Notes: generated from the letters alone by a model not told the origin. Shown: positions 14,497-23,995, numbered from the stretch's first letter. The stretch is 25,181 bases of DNA from Bdellovibrionota bacterium (GCA_040754655.1 JBFMCE010000057.1:1-25181); one strand, 5' to 3'. Made by a program: numbers and translations.

Positions 14497-16647
14497 ATGG
14501 CGACCAACGTAAAATTTCCAATCCGTTACAAGATCTTAGCGGTGCTCAGCGCGGTCGTCATGGTGGCGGTCGCAGCCTATCTCTACCTGGCTTCAAGGTT
14601 GTTCTATGAAGACAAAACAATTTTAATTTATGAGCTCAACCAAAGTAACGTGCGTACGCTTGCGTTCGACCTCGATACCGCGTTGAAGCGGGTGGTTGAT
14701 AAACTCAAGCTTATCGCGGCGTTGGCTGAGACGCATTCGGCTGATCAGCGCGACAATGCAGAGTTTGCCTCGTTGTTTTCGGCCGAAGAAGAGCTTTTGC
14801 GGGTGGCGATCTTGGAAAAGAGGGATGATGATCCCGTCGCACGCGTCACATTTGAACACGTTTGGCCCAAGGCCCTTTCTGCCTATAAGAAAGATTCTGC
14901 CTATCTGCAAAGGGTCCGGGCTGAAGCCCCCATCCCCTATGCAGAGGTGCTTTCTCGGGGAGTTTGGATTCGAAATGTAACCTTTATCTCAGACGGCGAT
15001 GCTGTGCCGCTCATGACCGTGGCGATGGCGCTTGAGAGCAGGTCGAGCACATCGACGCGAAACAAAGTCATTTACACGGATGTGAAGCTTGAACGTTTGA
15101 TTGAGACTTTTTCCTCCGGAGGGATCGCGGAGACTTATGCCGTCGACTCTGAGGGAAGCATTCTTCTGCATTCCGATCAGTCAAAGATAATAGGCTCATC
15201 TCGCGTCATGTCCGATCCTCTGATCCAGAGCGCGCGCGACTCAAAGTTGCGGTCTGAGGTGAAGCGGTTCGACGATCGCGGCACTGCTTATCTAGGCTCT
15301 TTTTATAAGGTGGGATTTGGCGGGTTGGTAGTGGCGTCTCGGGTTGAAGCGCGCGAGGCTTTCGCTGCGGCCGAGCGTCTGATCAGGAAGTCCCTAATTT
15401 ACGCTTTGGTGATCGTGACCGGCGCCTTCATGATCGCCCTTATTTTCTCTCATTCGCTCACTTCTCCGATCCAAAGATTGGTAGAAGCCACCCAGCGCAT
15501 CGCTAAAGGAGATTTCAATCGTTTTATCCAGGTCTCTTCTCATGATGAAATCGCTACTTTGGCGGCGTCATTCAACTCAATGACCGCCAATCTTAAGGCT
15601 TCACGAAACCAGATCGAAGAATACAGCCGCGACCTTGAAAAGAAGGTCTCTGATCGCACGGCTCGCCTTGAAGCGCAGAACATGGCGATCAAAGAAGCCC
15701 AAGAAGCCTTAGTGCGAACGACGCGTTTGGCGAGCGTTGGTGAAATCGCGGGGCGTGCGGCCCATGAAGTCCTGAACCCCCTCACCAATATCGTCGCCCG
15801 TCTCGAGAAGATCCAAGCCACCAGTCTCAAGGCAGATTACGATGACCTCGTCTTGCTAGGGCAGATCATTGACGCTTGGAGCGGTGAGCTCAAGTCGAAA
15901 GGACCGAACCAACTCATTCAGACGCTTGCGGTTCCGAGCAAAACTCAACCGGGAAAGACTCTTCTCGAGGAAGATCTCGAAAATCTCAGAGCCGTGTCGT
16001 TGGATCTTGTAAACCGCATCGAGACGTTCCAATCAGACATGGGTTTCTTGTTGAAGGAGTCGGCTCGCATCAATAAAATCGTGAACAGCATGCGCCAATT
16101 GACCCGCGTTTCAGAAGACCGGCGCCCGCTTGAAATCCATAAAGTGCTAGCGGAGTCGCTGGCTACGATGGCCGATGTGCTTGCGAAGAGAAAAGTCTCT
16201 TCTGAGGCCCGATTCGTCGACCAGCGCGTCATTGTTTATGCCGATCGCGACGAGCTCATACAGGTCTTTAGCAACCTCATCAGAAATTCGATGCAGGCCA
16301 TCGACGACGCAAGAAAAGCCGGTCAAAAGACCGGTGAACCGCCGAAAATCTGGGTGAGCACGCAAACATTGAAGAAAGAATCAGGCCAGGACGTCATTCA
16401 GATCAGGGTCTGTGACAATGGCCCCGGCATTGTCGCTGAGAACTTCAACCAGGTCTTTCACCCCTCATTCACCACCAAGTCGATTGATGAAGGAACGGGA
16501 TTGGGGCTTTCGATCGCAAGACGCTTTATTCGCGCCTTCGATGGTGAGATCATAGTTGAAAAGAGCGTACCGGGCGTTGAGACCGTATTTTTGATAGAGC
16601 TACCGGAGATGATTTCAGATGAATCAAGTCTCGCAGTTACCAAATAA
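14497..16647 (+). CDS. Membrane sensor histidine kinase (TM-Cache-like-TM-HAMP-HisKA-HATPase, 716 aa)
   Basis: Start moved to MATNVKFPIRYKIL. Two TM helices; Cache-like YAVDSEGSILLH; HAMP PIQRL..DEIATLAASFNSM; H-box AHEVLNPL; N-box NLIRNS; G boxes DNGPGI and GTGLGL. Confidence 0.93.
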   Translation: MATNVKFPIRYKILAVLSAVVMVAVAAYLYLASRLFYEDKTILIYELNQSNVRTLAFDLDTALKRVVDKLKLIAALAETHSADQRDNAEFASLFSAEEELLRVAILEKRDDDPVARVTFEHVWPKALSAYKKDSAYLQRVRAEAPIPYAEVLSRGVWIRNVTFISDGDAVPLMTVAMALESRSSTSTRNKVIYTDVKLERLIETFSSGGIAETYAVDSEGSILLHSDQSKIIGSSRVMSDPLIQSARDSKLRSEVKRFDDRGTAYLGSFYKVGFGGLVVASRVEAREAFAAAERLIRKSLIYALVIVTGAFMIALIFSHSLTSPIQRLVEATQRIAKGDFNRFIQVSSHDEIATLAASFNSMTANLKASRNQIEEYSRDLEKKVSDRTARLEAQNMAIKEAQEALVRTTRLASVGEIAGRAAHEVLNPLTNIVARLEKIQATSLKADYDDLVLLGQIIDAWSGELKSKGPNQLIQTLAVPSKTQPGKTLLEEDLENLRAVSLDLVNRIETFQSDMGFLLKESARINKIVNSMRQLTRVSEDRRPLEIHKVLAESLATMADVLAKRKVSSEARFVDQRVIVYADRDELIQVFSNLIRNSMQAIDDARKAGQKTGEPPKIWVSTQTLKKESGQDVIQIRVCDNGPGIVAENFNQVFHPSFTTKSIDEGTGLGLSIARRFIRAFDGEIIVEKSVPGVETVFLIELPEMISDESSLAVTK

Positions 16648-17851
16648 ACGCATTCTTTGCGTCGATGACGAAAAGGACATCGTGCAAGCGTACGCCGATT
16701 TTTTGGCTCCGACCCCGGTGAGCACGCCGAAACGCTCTTCCCGAATCCCTGAAGCCGGCCGTACGATTCAGCCCAATTCAGATGCAGAGCATTACGAAAT
16801 CCTCAGGGCCTATAGCGGTGAAGAGGCCATTGAACTCGTTAAAACCGAACTTGCCGCAGGTCGTCGTGTTTCTGGAGGGTTCTTTGACGTGAAAATGGAA
16901 GGAGGGATTGATGGAATCCAGGCGATTCAAGAAGTTTGGAAACTTGATCCCGAAATGAATTGCACCATCGTCACGGCTTACCAAGATCGATCGGTAGACG
17001 ATATCAACGAACTTTTCGGGGTAAAGTTCAAAGACCAGTGGGATTATCTCAATAAGCCTTTTACGCAAGGCGAAATCGTTCAAAAGGCGCGTCAAATGAC
17101 AGCCGCTTGGAATAGAAGGCGAAATCTTGAAGAAACGCTGATTCAACTCAAAGCGACTCAAGATCAACTCATCCGTTCAGAGCGTTTAGCCGCGATTGGT
17201 CAAGTAGCCAGAGGCGTGGGCCATGAGTTCGGAAACATTTTACAACGCATCGTGGGCAAGGCCGATATGGCGCTGCTCGAGAAAGATATTTCAAAGGTTC
17301 AGGAAGCCGTTCGCATCATCATCGAGGCGTCCGAGAGGGCGACGGTGATTGTTCGCAACTTGCAGGCTTTTTCAAAAGGATCCGCGGCGAAGACAGCGAT
17401 CGAAATCGCGCGGGTGATTGGTGATTTGCTCAGTCTGGTGAATCATGAGTTCGTGAAATACTCTATCCAATGCGTTGATAAGCGCAGCCCATGCGGTTTG
17501 ATCCACGCGAACGCGACTGAAATACAGCAGGTGTTGATGAATCTCGTGATCAACGCGATACACGCCATGCCCAAAGGCGGCACTCTTGAGATCGGATGTC
17601 GCGATGACCAGGCGGATGTTATCGCCTGGGTCAGCGATACGGGCACGGGCATTTCGGCAGAGGTTTTTCCTCGCATCTTTGAATATGCTTTCACGACCAA
17701 AGGCGATCGTGGGAGCGGGCTGGGGCTGCCGATTTCTAAAGAGATCATCGAAGGTCATGGCGGGCAAATTACGGTGCAAACAGAGTTCGGCAAGGGCAGC
17801 ACTTTTGTCGTGCGATTGCCGAAGGCCACAGATGGCGTTGGGAAAAAATGA
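16619..17851 (+). CDS. Cytoplasmic hybrid receiver-histidine kinase (REC-HisKA-HATPase, 410 aa)
   Basis: ILCVDDE, FFDVKM, VTAY, NKPF; H-box GHEFGN; NLVINAIHAM; DTGTGI; GSGLGL. Confidence 0.93.
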   Translation: MNQVSQLPNKRILCVDDEKDIVQAYADFLAPTPVSTPKRSSRIPEAGRTIQPNSDAEHYEILRAYSGEEAIELVKTELAAGRRVSGGFFDVKMEGGIDGIQAIQEVWKLDPEMNCTIVTAYQDRSVDDINELFGVKFKDQWDYLNKPFTQGEIVQKARQMTAAWNRRRNLEETLIQLKATQDQLIRSERLAAIGQVARGVGHEFGNILQRIVGKADMALLEKDISKVQEAVRIIIEASERATVIVRNLQAFSKGSAAKTAIEIARVIGDLLSLVNHEFVKYSIQCVDKRSPCGLIHANATEIQQVLMNLVINAIHAMPKGGTLEIGCRDDQADVIAWVSDTGTGISAEVFPRIFEYAFTTKGDRGSGLGLPISKEIIEGHGGQITVQTEFGKGSTFVVRLPKATDGVGKK

Positions 17852-19137
17852 CGAAACGAAAGACGGATGCCGAACAAACGGCGGACTCGACGAAGTCGCT
17901 TGTATTTCTAGTGGTTGATGACGAGCAAACCGTTCGTCAGACCTTGGTCGAGTATTTACAGTCGTTCGGTTATTCAAATATCTTCGAGGCCGAAGACGGG
18001 GCGAAGGCGCTGGCTATTCTCCGTTCCAAAAAGGTTGATTTCATCATCTCTGATTGGGAAATGCCTGGCACTTCGGGCATCGAATTGCTCAGGGCGATCA
18101 AAACTGACGTCAAGCTCAACCACATTCCCTTCATCATGGTCACGAGCCCCATCAGCCAAGAACGCTTCAAAGTCGAAGACGCCGCGTTGTCAAAAGTAGA
18201 TGGTTACATCATCAAGCCATTTCGAGCGCAGGTTCTTAGGGAAAAAATCGACCTAGCTCTCTCGAAGTCTGATGTTCTCGGAAAGAACACTGCTCTCGTC
18301 GTCGACGATGACGCGGGCGTGCGCACGACGATCATCGAATACCTGAAGCACATGGGTTACACGAAGGTCCTCGAGGCGAGAGACGGTGAAGAGGGGTTTC
18401 AAACCCTGAAGATGCACGCTTCAGAAATCGCTTTTGTGATCTGTGATTGGGAAATGCCGAAGTTGCAGGGCATCGACCTTCTTCAGCTCATCCGAAACGA
18501 CGAACAACTCAAAGGCGTTCCGTTCATCATGGTGACCTCGCAGACTTCAATTGAGCATATGAAACTCAAGCGCGCTCTCGAGGCCAATGTAGACAACTAC
18601 TTGCTGAAGCCCTTTCGAAGCGAAGATCTTCGGAAGCGGGTCGAACAGGTGCTCGAAAAAGCCAAGGGCCATGCCGTGGTCAGGCGAGAGCTCGAGCGCG
18701 GCCGCGAGTTTTTGACGACCGGCCGTTGGTCTGAAGCCATCCGCATTTTCAGCCAGATCGTGACCCGTGACCCTTCGAATATCGAAGCTTACCTGGGCTT
18801 GGGCGCGGCTCAGCGCCACTTGGCTCCAGAGAAAGCGATTCCCAAGGCGACGCAGTATATTCGCCAGGCGATCGCTATTGATCCTCATTGCGAGCAGGCA
18901 TACATTGATCTCGCGCTGATTTTTGAAAGCGCGATGTCGCTCGATAAGGCGATAGCAACGCTGCGTGAAGCGCTGGTCCCTTGTGAATTCAGTGAACACG
19001 TTCATTTCCAGCTCGGCCGTCTTTTGATTCGAAGGGGAAATCAAAGTGAGGGTATCAAAGAGCTTCAACGCGCATTAGAATTGAATCCGGATCTCAAAGA
19101 AGCCCAAGAGCTGCTGGCGGGGAGGAGCGATGGCTGA
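17848..19137 (+). CDS. Tandem CheY-like response regulator with C-terminal TPR repeats (REC-REC-TPR, 429 aa)
   Basis: Two complete receiver domains (VVDD, DWEMP, MVTS, KPF in each), then TPR-like AYLGLG, AYIDLA, HFQLG..ALELNP. ATGA overlap with the upstream gene. Confidence 0.92.
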   Translation: MTKRKTDAEQTADSTKSLVFLVVDDEQTVRQTLVEYLQSFGYSNIFEAEDGAKALAILRSKKVDFIISDWEMPGTSGIELLRAIKTDVKLNHIPFIMVTSPISQERFKVEDAALSKVDGYIIKPFRAQVLREKIDLALSKSDVLGKNTALVVDDDAGVRTTIIEYLKHMGYTKVLEARDGEEGFQTLKMHASEIAFVICDWEMPKLQGIDLLQLIRNDEQLKGVPFIMVTSQTSIEHMKLKRALEANVDNYLLKPFRSEDLRKRVEQVLEKAKGHAVVRRELERGREFLTTGRWSEAIRIFSQIVTRDPSNIEAYLGLGAAQRHLAPEKAIPKATQYIRQAIAIDPHCEQAYIDLALIFESAMSLDKAIATLREALVPCEFSEHVHFQLGRLLIRRGNQSEGIKELQRALELNPDLKEAQELLAGRSDG

Positions 19138-20080
19138 AGAGCATGGCAAGGCGCGCATTATTGTCGCTGACGACGATGTCGAGAGCGCCAAAGTGGTTGA
19201 ACAAGCTTTGAAGCTCGATGGACATCAAAGTCGAATCTGCGCAGATGGAGAAGCTGCCTTGCATTTGGTTCGCTCGTGGATGCCCCATGTCGTTTTGCTC
19301 GACATCAACATGCCGAAATACGATGGCTTGGAGTGCCTGAAAAAAATCCGAGCCATGGGCGGTGGAGAATACATCGGGGTTTTGCTTGTGACTGCGAATG
19401 CCGCTTTAGAGCAAATTGTCGCAGGTTTAGACTTTGGCGCTGACGATTATATCGTGAAACCTTATCGGATCGATGAGCTCAGGGCCAGGGTTCGAGCGTG
19501 CTTTCGAATCAAAAACTTGCACGACGCTCTACGCAGGGCGAATAAGAAACTTGAAGATGCGGCGTCTACCGATGATCTTACAACCCTCTACAATATGCGT
19601 TACACCATGAAGAGGCTCAGCGAAGAAGTTGAGAACGCGAAAAGGAACAAATCTCCGATAAGCTGCGTGATGTTTGATATGGATCATTTCAAGATGGTCA
19701 ATGACAAGCATGACCATCTTTTTGGCAGCCATGTTTTGAAAGAAATTGGGAAGCTTTTGCAGGGGATGGTCCGTGCAAGCGATATTGCAGCTCGCTACGG
19801 CGGGGATGAATTTTTCATCGCGATGCCAGGGACGCACCTCAAAGACGCGTTCAACGTAGCGGATCGCATTCGAAAAGCGATCGAAGCGCATGTTTTCAAG
19901 ATGGGCACTTACTCGATAAAAGTAACGGCGAGCTTTGGTGTTTCAGGCACTCAAGGCGCGCCTGACGACGTTTTGATTCTAGATGCGCGAGAGCTCATGC
20001 GTTCGGCGGATGCGGCGCTTTATGGCGCAAAGAACAGTGGTCGAAACAAAGTTGAAAGCTTCAACTTCGTAAAACCCTAG
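19130..20080 (+). CDS. Response regulator diguanylate cyclase (REC-GGDEF, WspR/PleD-like, 316 aa)
   Basis: IVADDD, LLDINMP, KPY; TDDLTTLYN; DMDHFKMVND; RASD I-site; RYGGDEF; ADAALYGAKNSGRN. Confidence 0.96.
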   Translation: MAEEHGKARIIVADDDVESAKVVEQALKLDGHQSRICADGEAALHLVRSWMPHVVLLDINMPKYDGLECLKKIRAMGGGEYIGVLLVTANAALEQIVAGLDFGADDYIVKPYRIDELRARVRACFRIKNLHDALRRANKKLEDAASTDDLTTLYNMRYTMKRLSEEVENAKRNKSPISCVMFDMDHFKMVNDKHDHLFGSHVLKEIGKLLQGMVRASDIAARYGGDEFFIAMPGTHLKDAFNVADRIRKAIEAHVFKMGTYSIKVTASFGVSGTQGAPDDVLILDARELMRSADAALYGAKNSGRNKVESFNFVKP

Positions 20081-20225
20081 TGCAGCTCTGTTTTGAGCTT
20101 GTGCTACGGTCTGGTTTTGTAAATTAATCTTAATATTTTATACAAAAACTTGCCTATTCAAGTAGGTTATACCTTATCAGAACACCTGGTTCCTGCTATA
20201 TATTGTCAAAGGAGCAGCGCTCGTC

Positions 20226-22541
20226 TTGAATGACAAATTGAACAAACAAAAGCCGATAGAAGCCCTCGATCCGCGAGAGGCTGCTAAACGACAACGTGAA
20301 AAGCTGATTATTTTCGGGATCGCGGTGCTTTTTGCGCTCACGACCTATTTTGAGATTCGGCTCTCGAATCTTTCTAATCGCCTGCCCTTCGTCAACTCCA
20401 TCTTCTTTTTTGGGCTGATCAACTTCAATGTGATGCTGCTCATGGTCCTGGTGTTCCTGGTTTTTAGGAACATTGGGAAGTTGTTCCTCGAGCGCAGAAG
20501 GCGCGTGTTGGGTTCTCGCCTCAAGACAAAGCTTGTTTTGGCTTTTTTGAGCTTTACGATCATCCCGACGATCATCTTGTTTTTGATTTCCTCTCTCTAC
20601 ATCAACTCAAGCTTCGACAAATGGTTCAGCATCAAGGTTCAAAATACCCTGCAAGCCACTCTCGAAATCACTCAGACCTATTATAAGAACACCAATCGAA
20701 TCGCTCAGCACCTGGCGACTCAGGTGGCGAATGACCTTCGCGAGAAATACGGCCTCAAAGCGCTTCAATCCAGCGAGCATAACGGGATCAGGAGGTTTGT
20801 CCAACGCATCATCCAAGTGCCGACGGTGGACGGGGTTGAAATTTACACTGATCCCCTGGATGAAAGAGTCCTCGCGTCCAATCAAGCCAATGCTGATAAG
20901 GTTTTGCCAAGGCTTCCTCTCGATATTTTGAACAAGGCTTTTGCCGGCGATACCGTGAGCCTGGTTCAACACATGGGCGGGGCGGATCTCATCCGAGCGG
21001 TTTCCCCGATCATGGACCATCGTAATGGTTCGGTTCACGGCGCCGTGGCGATCACCTTTGTGATTCCGGTGAGCCTGGTCAATAAAGTCGATGAGATCTC
21101 GTCGGTGTTTCAAGACTACCGCGATGTGAATCCTCTGAAATACCCGATGAAGTCGACTTATTTCATCATCCTCATCATGATGACCTTGCTGATCATTTTC
21201 GTGAGCATCTGGATTGGCTTGTACCTCGCCCGAGAACTCACCGTTCCTCTTGAACGCCTTGTGACAGCTACGCAGAGGATCTCTGAAGGCAACCTTGATT
21301 TCGAGGTTCTCAATCCCGGCAACGACGAGATCGCGCACCTCACGTCTTCTTTCAATAACATGACCACCGAGCTCAAGCGCCATCGCCTGGCTCTTGAAGC
21401 AAGCAATAGCGAGCTTCTCGAGAAAAGGGCTTATGTCGAGGCTATCCTCAATAACGTCGCGGCTGGCGTGATCGCTGTGAACTCTTCCGGCGAAATCATG
21501 ACCGTTAACCCTTCGGCTGCCAGGCTTTTGGGGTGCAAGGCGGAAGACATCGTAAACAAAAACCTTTTAGAGGCTTTCGAGGGGACGGCCATCCCGCTGC
21601 CCTCGTTGTTCGTGCAGGTGAAGGCCCATGCGGCCGAGGGAAGGGGCTCTCCGATACAGAAGCAATTCGGCCATTCAACCGACGAAACGTATTATGAGCT
21701 GATGTCGACGGCGTCTCCTTTTGGCAATGGCGTTGTTTTTGTGATCGATGACATGAGTCACCTTTCGAAGGCGCAGCGCGAGGCTGCCTGGCGGGAAGTC
21801 GCTCGTAGGATCGCGCATGAGATCAAAAACCCTTTGACCCCGATCAAACTTTCGGCCCAGCGGCTGCAAAAGAAATTTGCCTCGCATCACAGCGCGGAAG
21901 CAGCGGTGTTTCGCGAGTGCACTGACACCATTATCAAGAACGTCGATGAACTGCGCGATATGGTGAACGAGTTTTCCGCGTTTGCGAGGTTCCCATCCGC
22001 TAGCCCCTCTCCGAATAATTTGAACGAGGCGTTGCGCGAGACGATCGTTCTTTATGAGGAAGCGCATCGTTCCATCTCATTCGTTTTTCAACCCGAGCAA
22101 CGCCTCCCACTGGTTGATTTTGATCGCGACCAAATCAAGCGCGTAATGATCAATCTGTTCGACAACGCGGTGGCGGCTCTCGAACAAGGGGTTGGCCAGA
22201 AACGACTCCTGCCGAAGCTGATCACCGTGCGCACCCACTACAATGACCACCTCAAGATCGCGGCGATTGAGCTTGAAGACAATGGGCCCGGTATGACTGA
22301 AGCCGTTCACAGCAGAGTGTTTGAGCCTTACTTCTCAACGAAGAAGAATGGGACCGGCTTGGGATTGGCCATCGTAAAACGCATCATTAGCGACCATCAA
22401 GGCTTCATCCGCGTGCAATCCGCTCCGGGTGAGGGCACTAAATTCACCATTGAACTGCCTCTGAATCTATTAGAGAACGATTACGTGCGGGCACGTCAGA
22501 AGCCCGAAGGAAAAGAGTCATGGCCAGAACTGTACTCGTAG
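20226..22541 (+). CDS. ntrY: NtrY-family sensor histidine kinase (TMs-HAMP-PAS-HisKA-HATPase, 771 aa)
   Basis: AAAGGAG SD before a TTG start. GSRLKTKLV..SFDKWF and AWREVARRIAHEIKNPLTPIKLSAQRL are characteristic of the NtrY family. Confidence 0.9.
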   Translation: MNDKLNKQKPIEALDPREAAKRQREKLIIFGIAVLFALTTYFEIRLSNLSNRLPFVNSIFFFGLINFNVMLLMVLVFLVFRNIGKLFLERRRRVLGSRLKTKLVLAFLSFTIIPTIILFLISSLYINSSFDKWFSIKVQNTLQATLEITQTYYKNTNRIAQHLATQVANDLREKYGLKALQSSEHNGIRRFVQRIIQVPTVDGVEIYTDPLDERVLASNQANADKVLPRLPLDILNKAFAGDTVSLVQHMGGADLIRAVSPIMDHRNGSVHGAVAITFVIPVSLVNKVDEISSVFQDYRDVNPLKYPMKSTYFIILIMMTLLIIFVSIWIGLYLARELTVPLERLVTATQRISEGNLDFEVLNPGNDEIAHLTSSFNNMTTELKRHRLALEASNSELLEKRAYVEAILNNVAAGVIAVNSSGEIMTVNPSAARLLGCKAEDIVNKNLLEAFEGTAIPLPSLFVQVKAHAAEGRGSPIQKQFGHSTDETYYELMSTASPFGNGVVFVIDDMSHLSKAQREAAWREVARRIAHEIKNPLTPIKLSAQRLQKKFASHHSAEAAVFRECTDTIIKNVDELRDMVNEFSAFARFPSASPSPNNLNEALRETIVLYEEAHRSISFVFQPEQRLPLVDFDRDQIKRVMINLFDNAVAALEQGVGQKRLLPKLITVRTHYNDHLKIAAIELEDNGPGMTEAVHSRVFEPYFSTKKNGTGLGLAIVKRIISDHQGFIRVQSAPGEGTKFTIELPLNLLENDYVRARQKPEGKESWPELYS

Positions 22542-23947
22542 TTGATGATGAAGCGGCTGTCCGTTCTAGCATCGCCGGCGTGCTCGGTGATGAGGGCTAC
22601 CGTGTGCTTACGGCCTCTGATGGGGCCACTGCGCTTGAGCTGATTTCCCACGACTTGCCCGACGTGATCCTTCTGGATGTTTGGATGACTGGTCCCAATG
22701 GTGAGCGCCAGCAAGAAGGCCTTGAGACCTTGGGGCGGGTGAAATCACAGCATCCTGATGCAATCGTGGTCATTATGTCAGGGCACGGAACGATTGAAAC
22801 CGCCGTGAAGGCGACCAAGCTCGGTGCCTACGATTTCATTGAAAAACCGCTTTCACTCGAGAAGCTGCTCGTTACTTTGCAGAACGCCTTTCAGTTGAGA
22901 GATCTTTCCCGCGAAAACCAAAGTTTAAGGTCACGCGTTGAGCGAACGAAGGTCATGGTGGGCGAGAGCCCGACGATGAAGCAGCTCAAACAAGCCATAC
23001 GAAGAGTCGCCGCGACCAACTCCTGGGTTCTCATCACAGGCGAGAATGGAACGGGCAAAGAGCTTGTCGCGCATTCCATCCATGCGCTCTCCGGCCGTTA
23101 TGACAAACCTTTTATCGAAGTGAATTGCGCCGCTATTCCTGAAGAGCTGATCGAAAGCGAGCTTTTCGGTCATGAGAAGGGATCGTTTACTGGCGCCACT
23201 CATCTCAAACGAGGCAAGTTCGACCTCGCCAATCGCGGAACCTTGTTCCTTGATGAGATCGGCGACATGAGCCTCAAGACTCAAGCCAAAATCCTGCGCA
23301 TTTTGCAAGAGCAGCGCTTTGAAAGGGTGGGTGGGTCTCACACTATCGAAGTCGACGTCCGTGTCATTGCGGCGACAAACAAGAATCTTGAAGAAGAGAT
23401 CCGCAATAACAAATTTCGGGAAGACCTTTATTATCGCTTGAATGTCGTGCCTTTCCGCGTTCCGGCTTTGCGTGAGCGTGGAGAAGACATCAAGCTTATC
23501 GCATCCCATTATTTGAAAGAGTTCGCAGGTGTGGGTTGTGAGCCGAAACAGCTCCATCCCGAAGCGCTGCGCGTTTTTGAAACTTATCATTGGCCCGGTA
23601 ACGTGAGAGAGTTGAAGAACACGATTGAACGGCTGGTGATTTTTTCCGACTCTTCCGTGATTACTGCGGAAGAGCTGGTCGTATTGATGCCTCATTTGGT
23701 AAAAAGCGCTGTTCCTCAAGCGCTCCCGGGGTCTGGCGCCTACGCCAATCCTCAAACCGTTGTTTCCCTTTTGCCAACGGGTTCGTTGAAAGATGCGAAA
23801 TCTGAGTTTGAGCGTGAGTTCATTTTGCGAAAGCTGCGCGAAAATGAATGGAACGTTTCTCGAACCGCGCAGGTTCTGGGAATCGAACGCAGTCACTTGC
23901 ACCGCAAAATCAAGGCTTACGGCATTGACGAGCGCCTTTCAGACTAA
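22520..23947 (+). CDS. ntrX: NtrX/NtrC-family sigma54-dependent response regulator (REC-AAA+-Fis HTH, 475 aa)
   Basis: LVVDDE, LDVWM, SGHGTIETAV, GENGTGKE, ESELFGHEKGSFTGA, LFLDEIGD, FREDLYYRL, WPGNVREL, HTH NVSRTAQVLGIERSHLHRK. Overlaps ntrY by 22 bp. Confidence 0.92.
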   Translation: MARTVLVVDDEAAVRSSIAGVLGDEGYRVLTASDGATALELISHDLPDVILLDVWMTGPNGERQQEGLETLGRVKSQHPDAIVVIMSGHGTIETAVKATKLGAYDFIEKPLSLEKLLVTLQNAFQLRDLSRENQSLRSRVERTKVMVGESPTMKQLKQAIRRVAATNSWVLITGENGTGKELVAHSIHALSGRYDKPFIEVNCAAIPEELIESELFGHEKGSFTGATHLKRGKFDLANRGTLFLDEIGDMSLKTQAKILRILQEQRFERVGGSHTIEVDVRVIAATNKNLEEEIRNNKFREDLYYRLNVVPFRVPALRERGEDIKLIASHYLKEFAGVGCEPKQLHPEALRVFETYHWPGNVRELKNTIERLVIFSDSSVITAEELVVLMPHLVKSAVPQALPGSGAYANPQTVVSLLPTGSLKDAKSEFEREFILRKLRENEWNVSRTAQVLGIERSHLHRKIKAYGIDERLSD

Positions 23948-23995
23948 GAATCGCTTCCAAGCTCCCCGCTAGCCATTTCCAAGTCCTTGCGATAA

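Noticed and set aside
20607..21383. 258-aa minus-strand ORF
   Set aside because: Antisense shadow of ntrY.
22931..23902. 323-aa minus-strand ORF
   Set aside because: Antisense shadow of the conserved AAA+ domain of ntrX.
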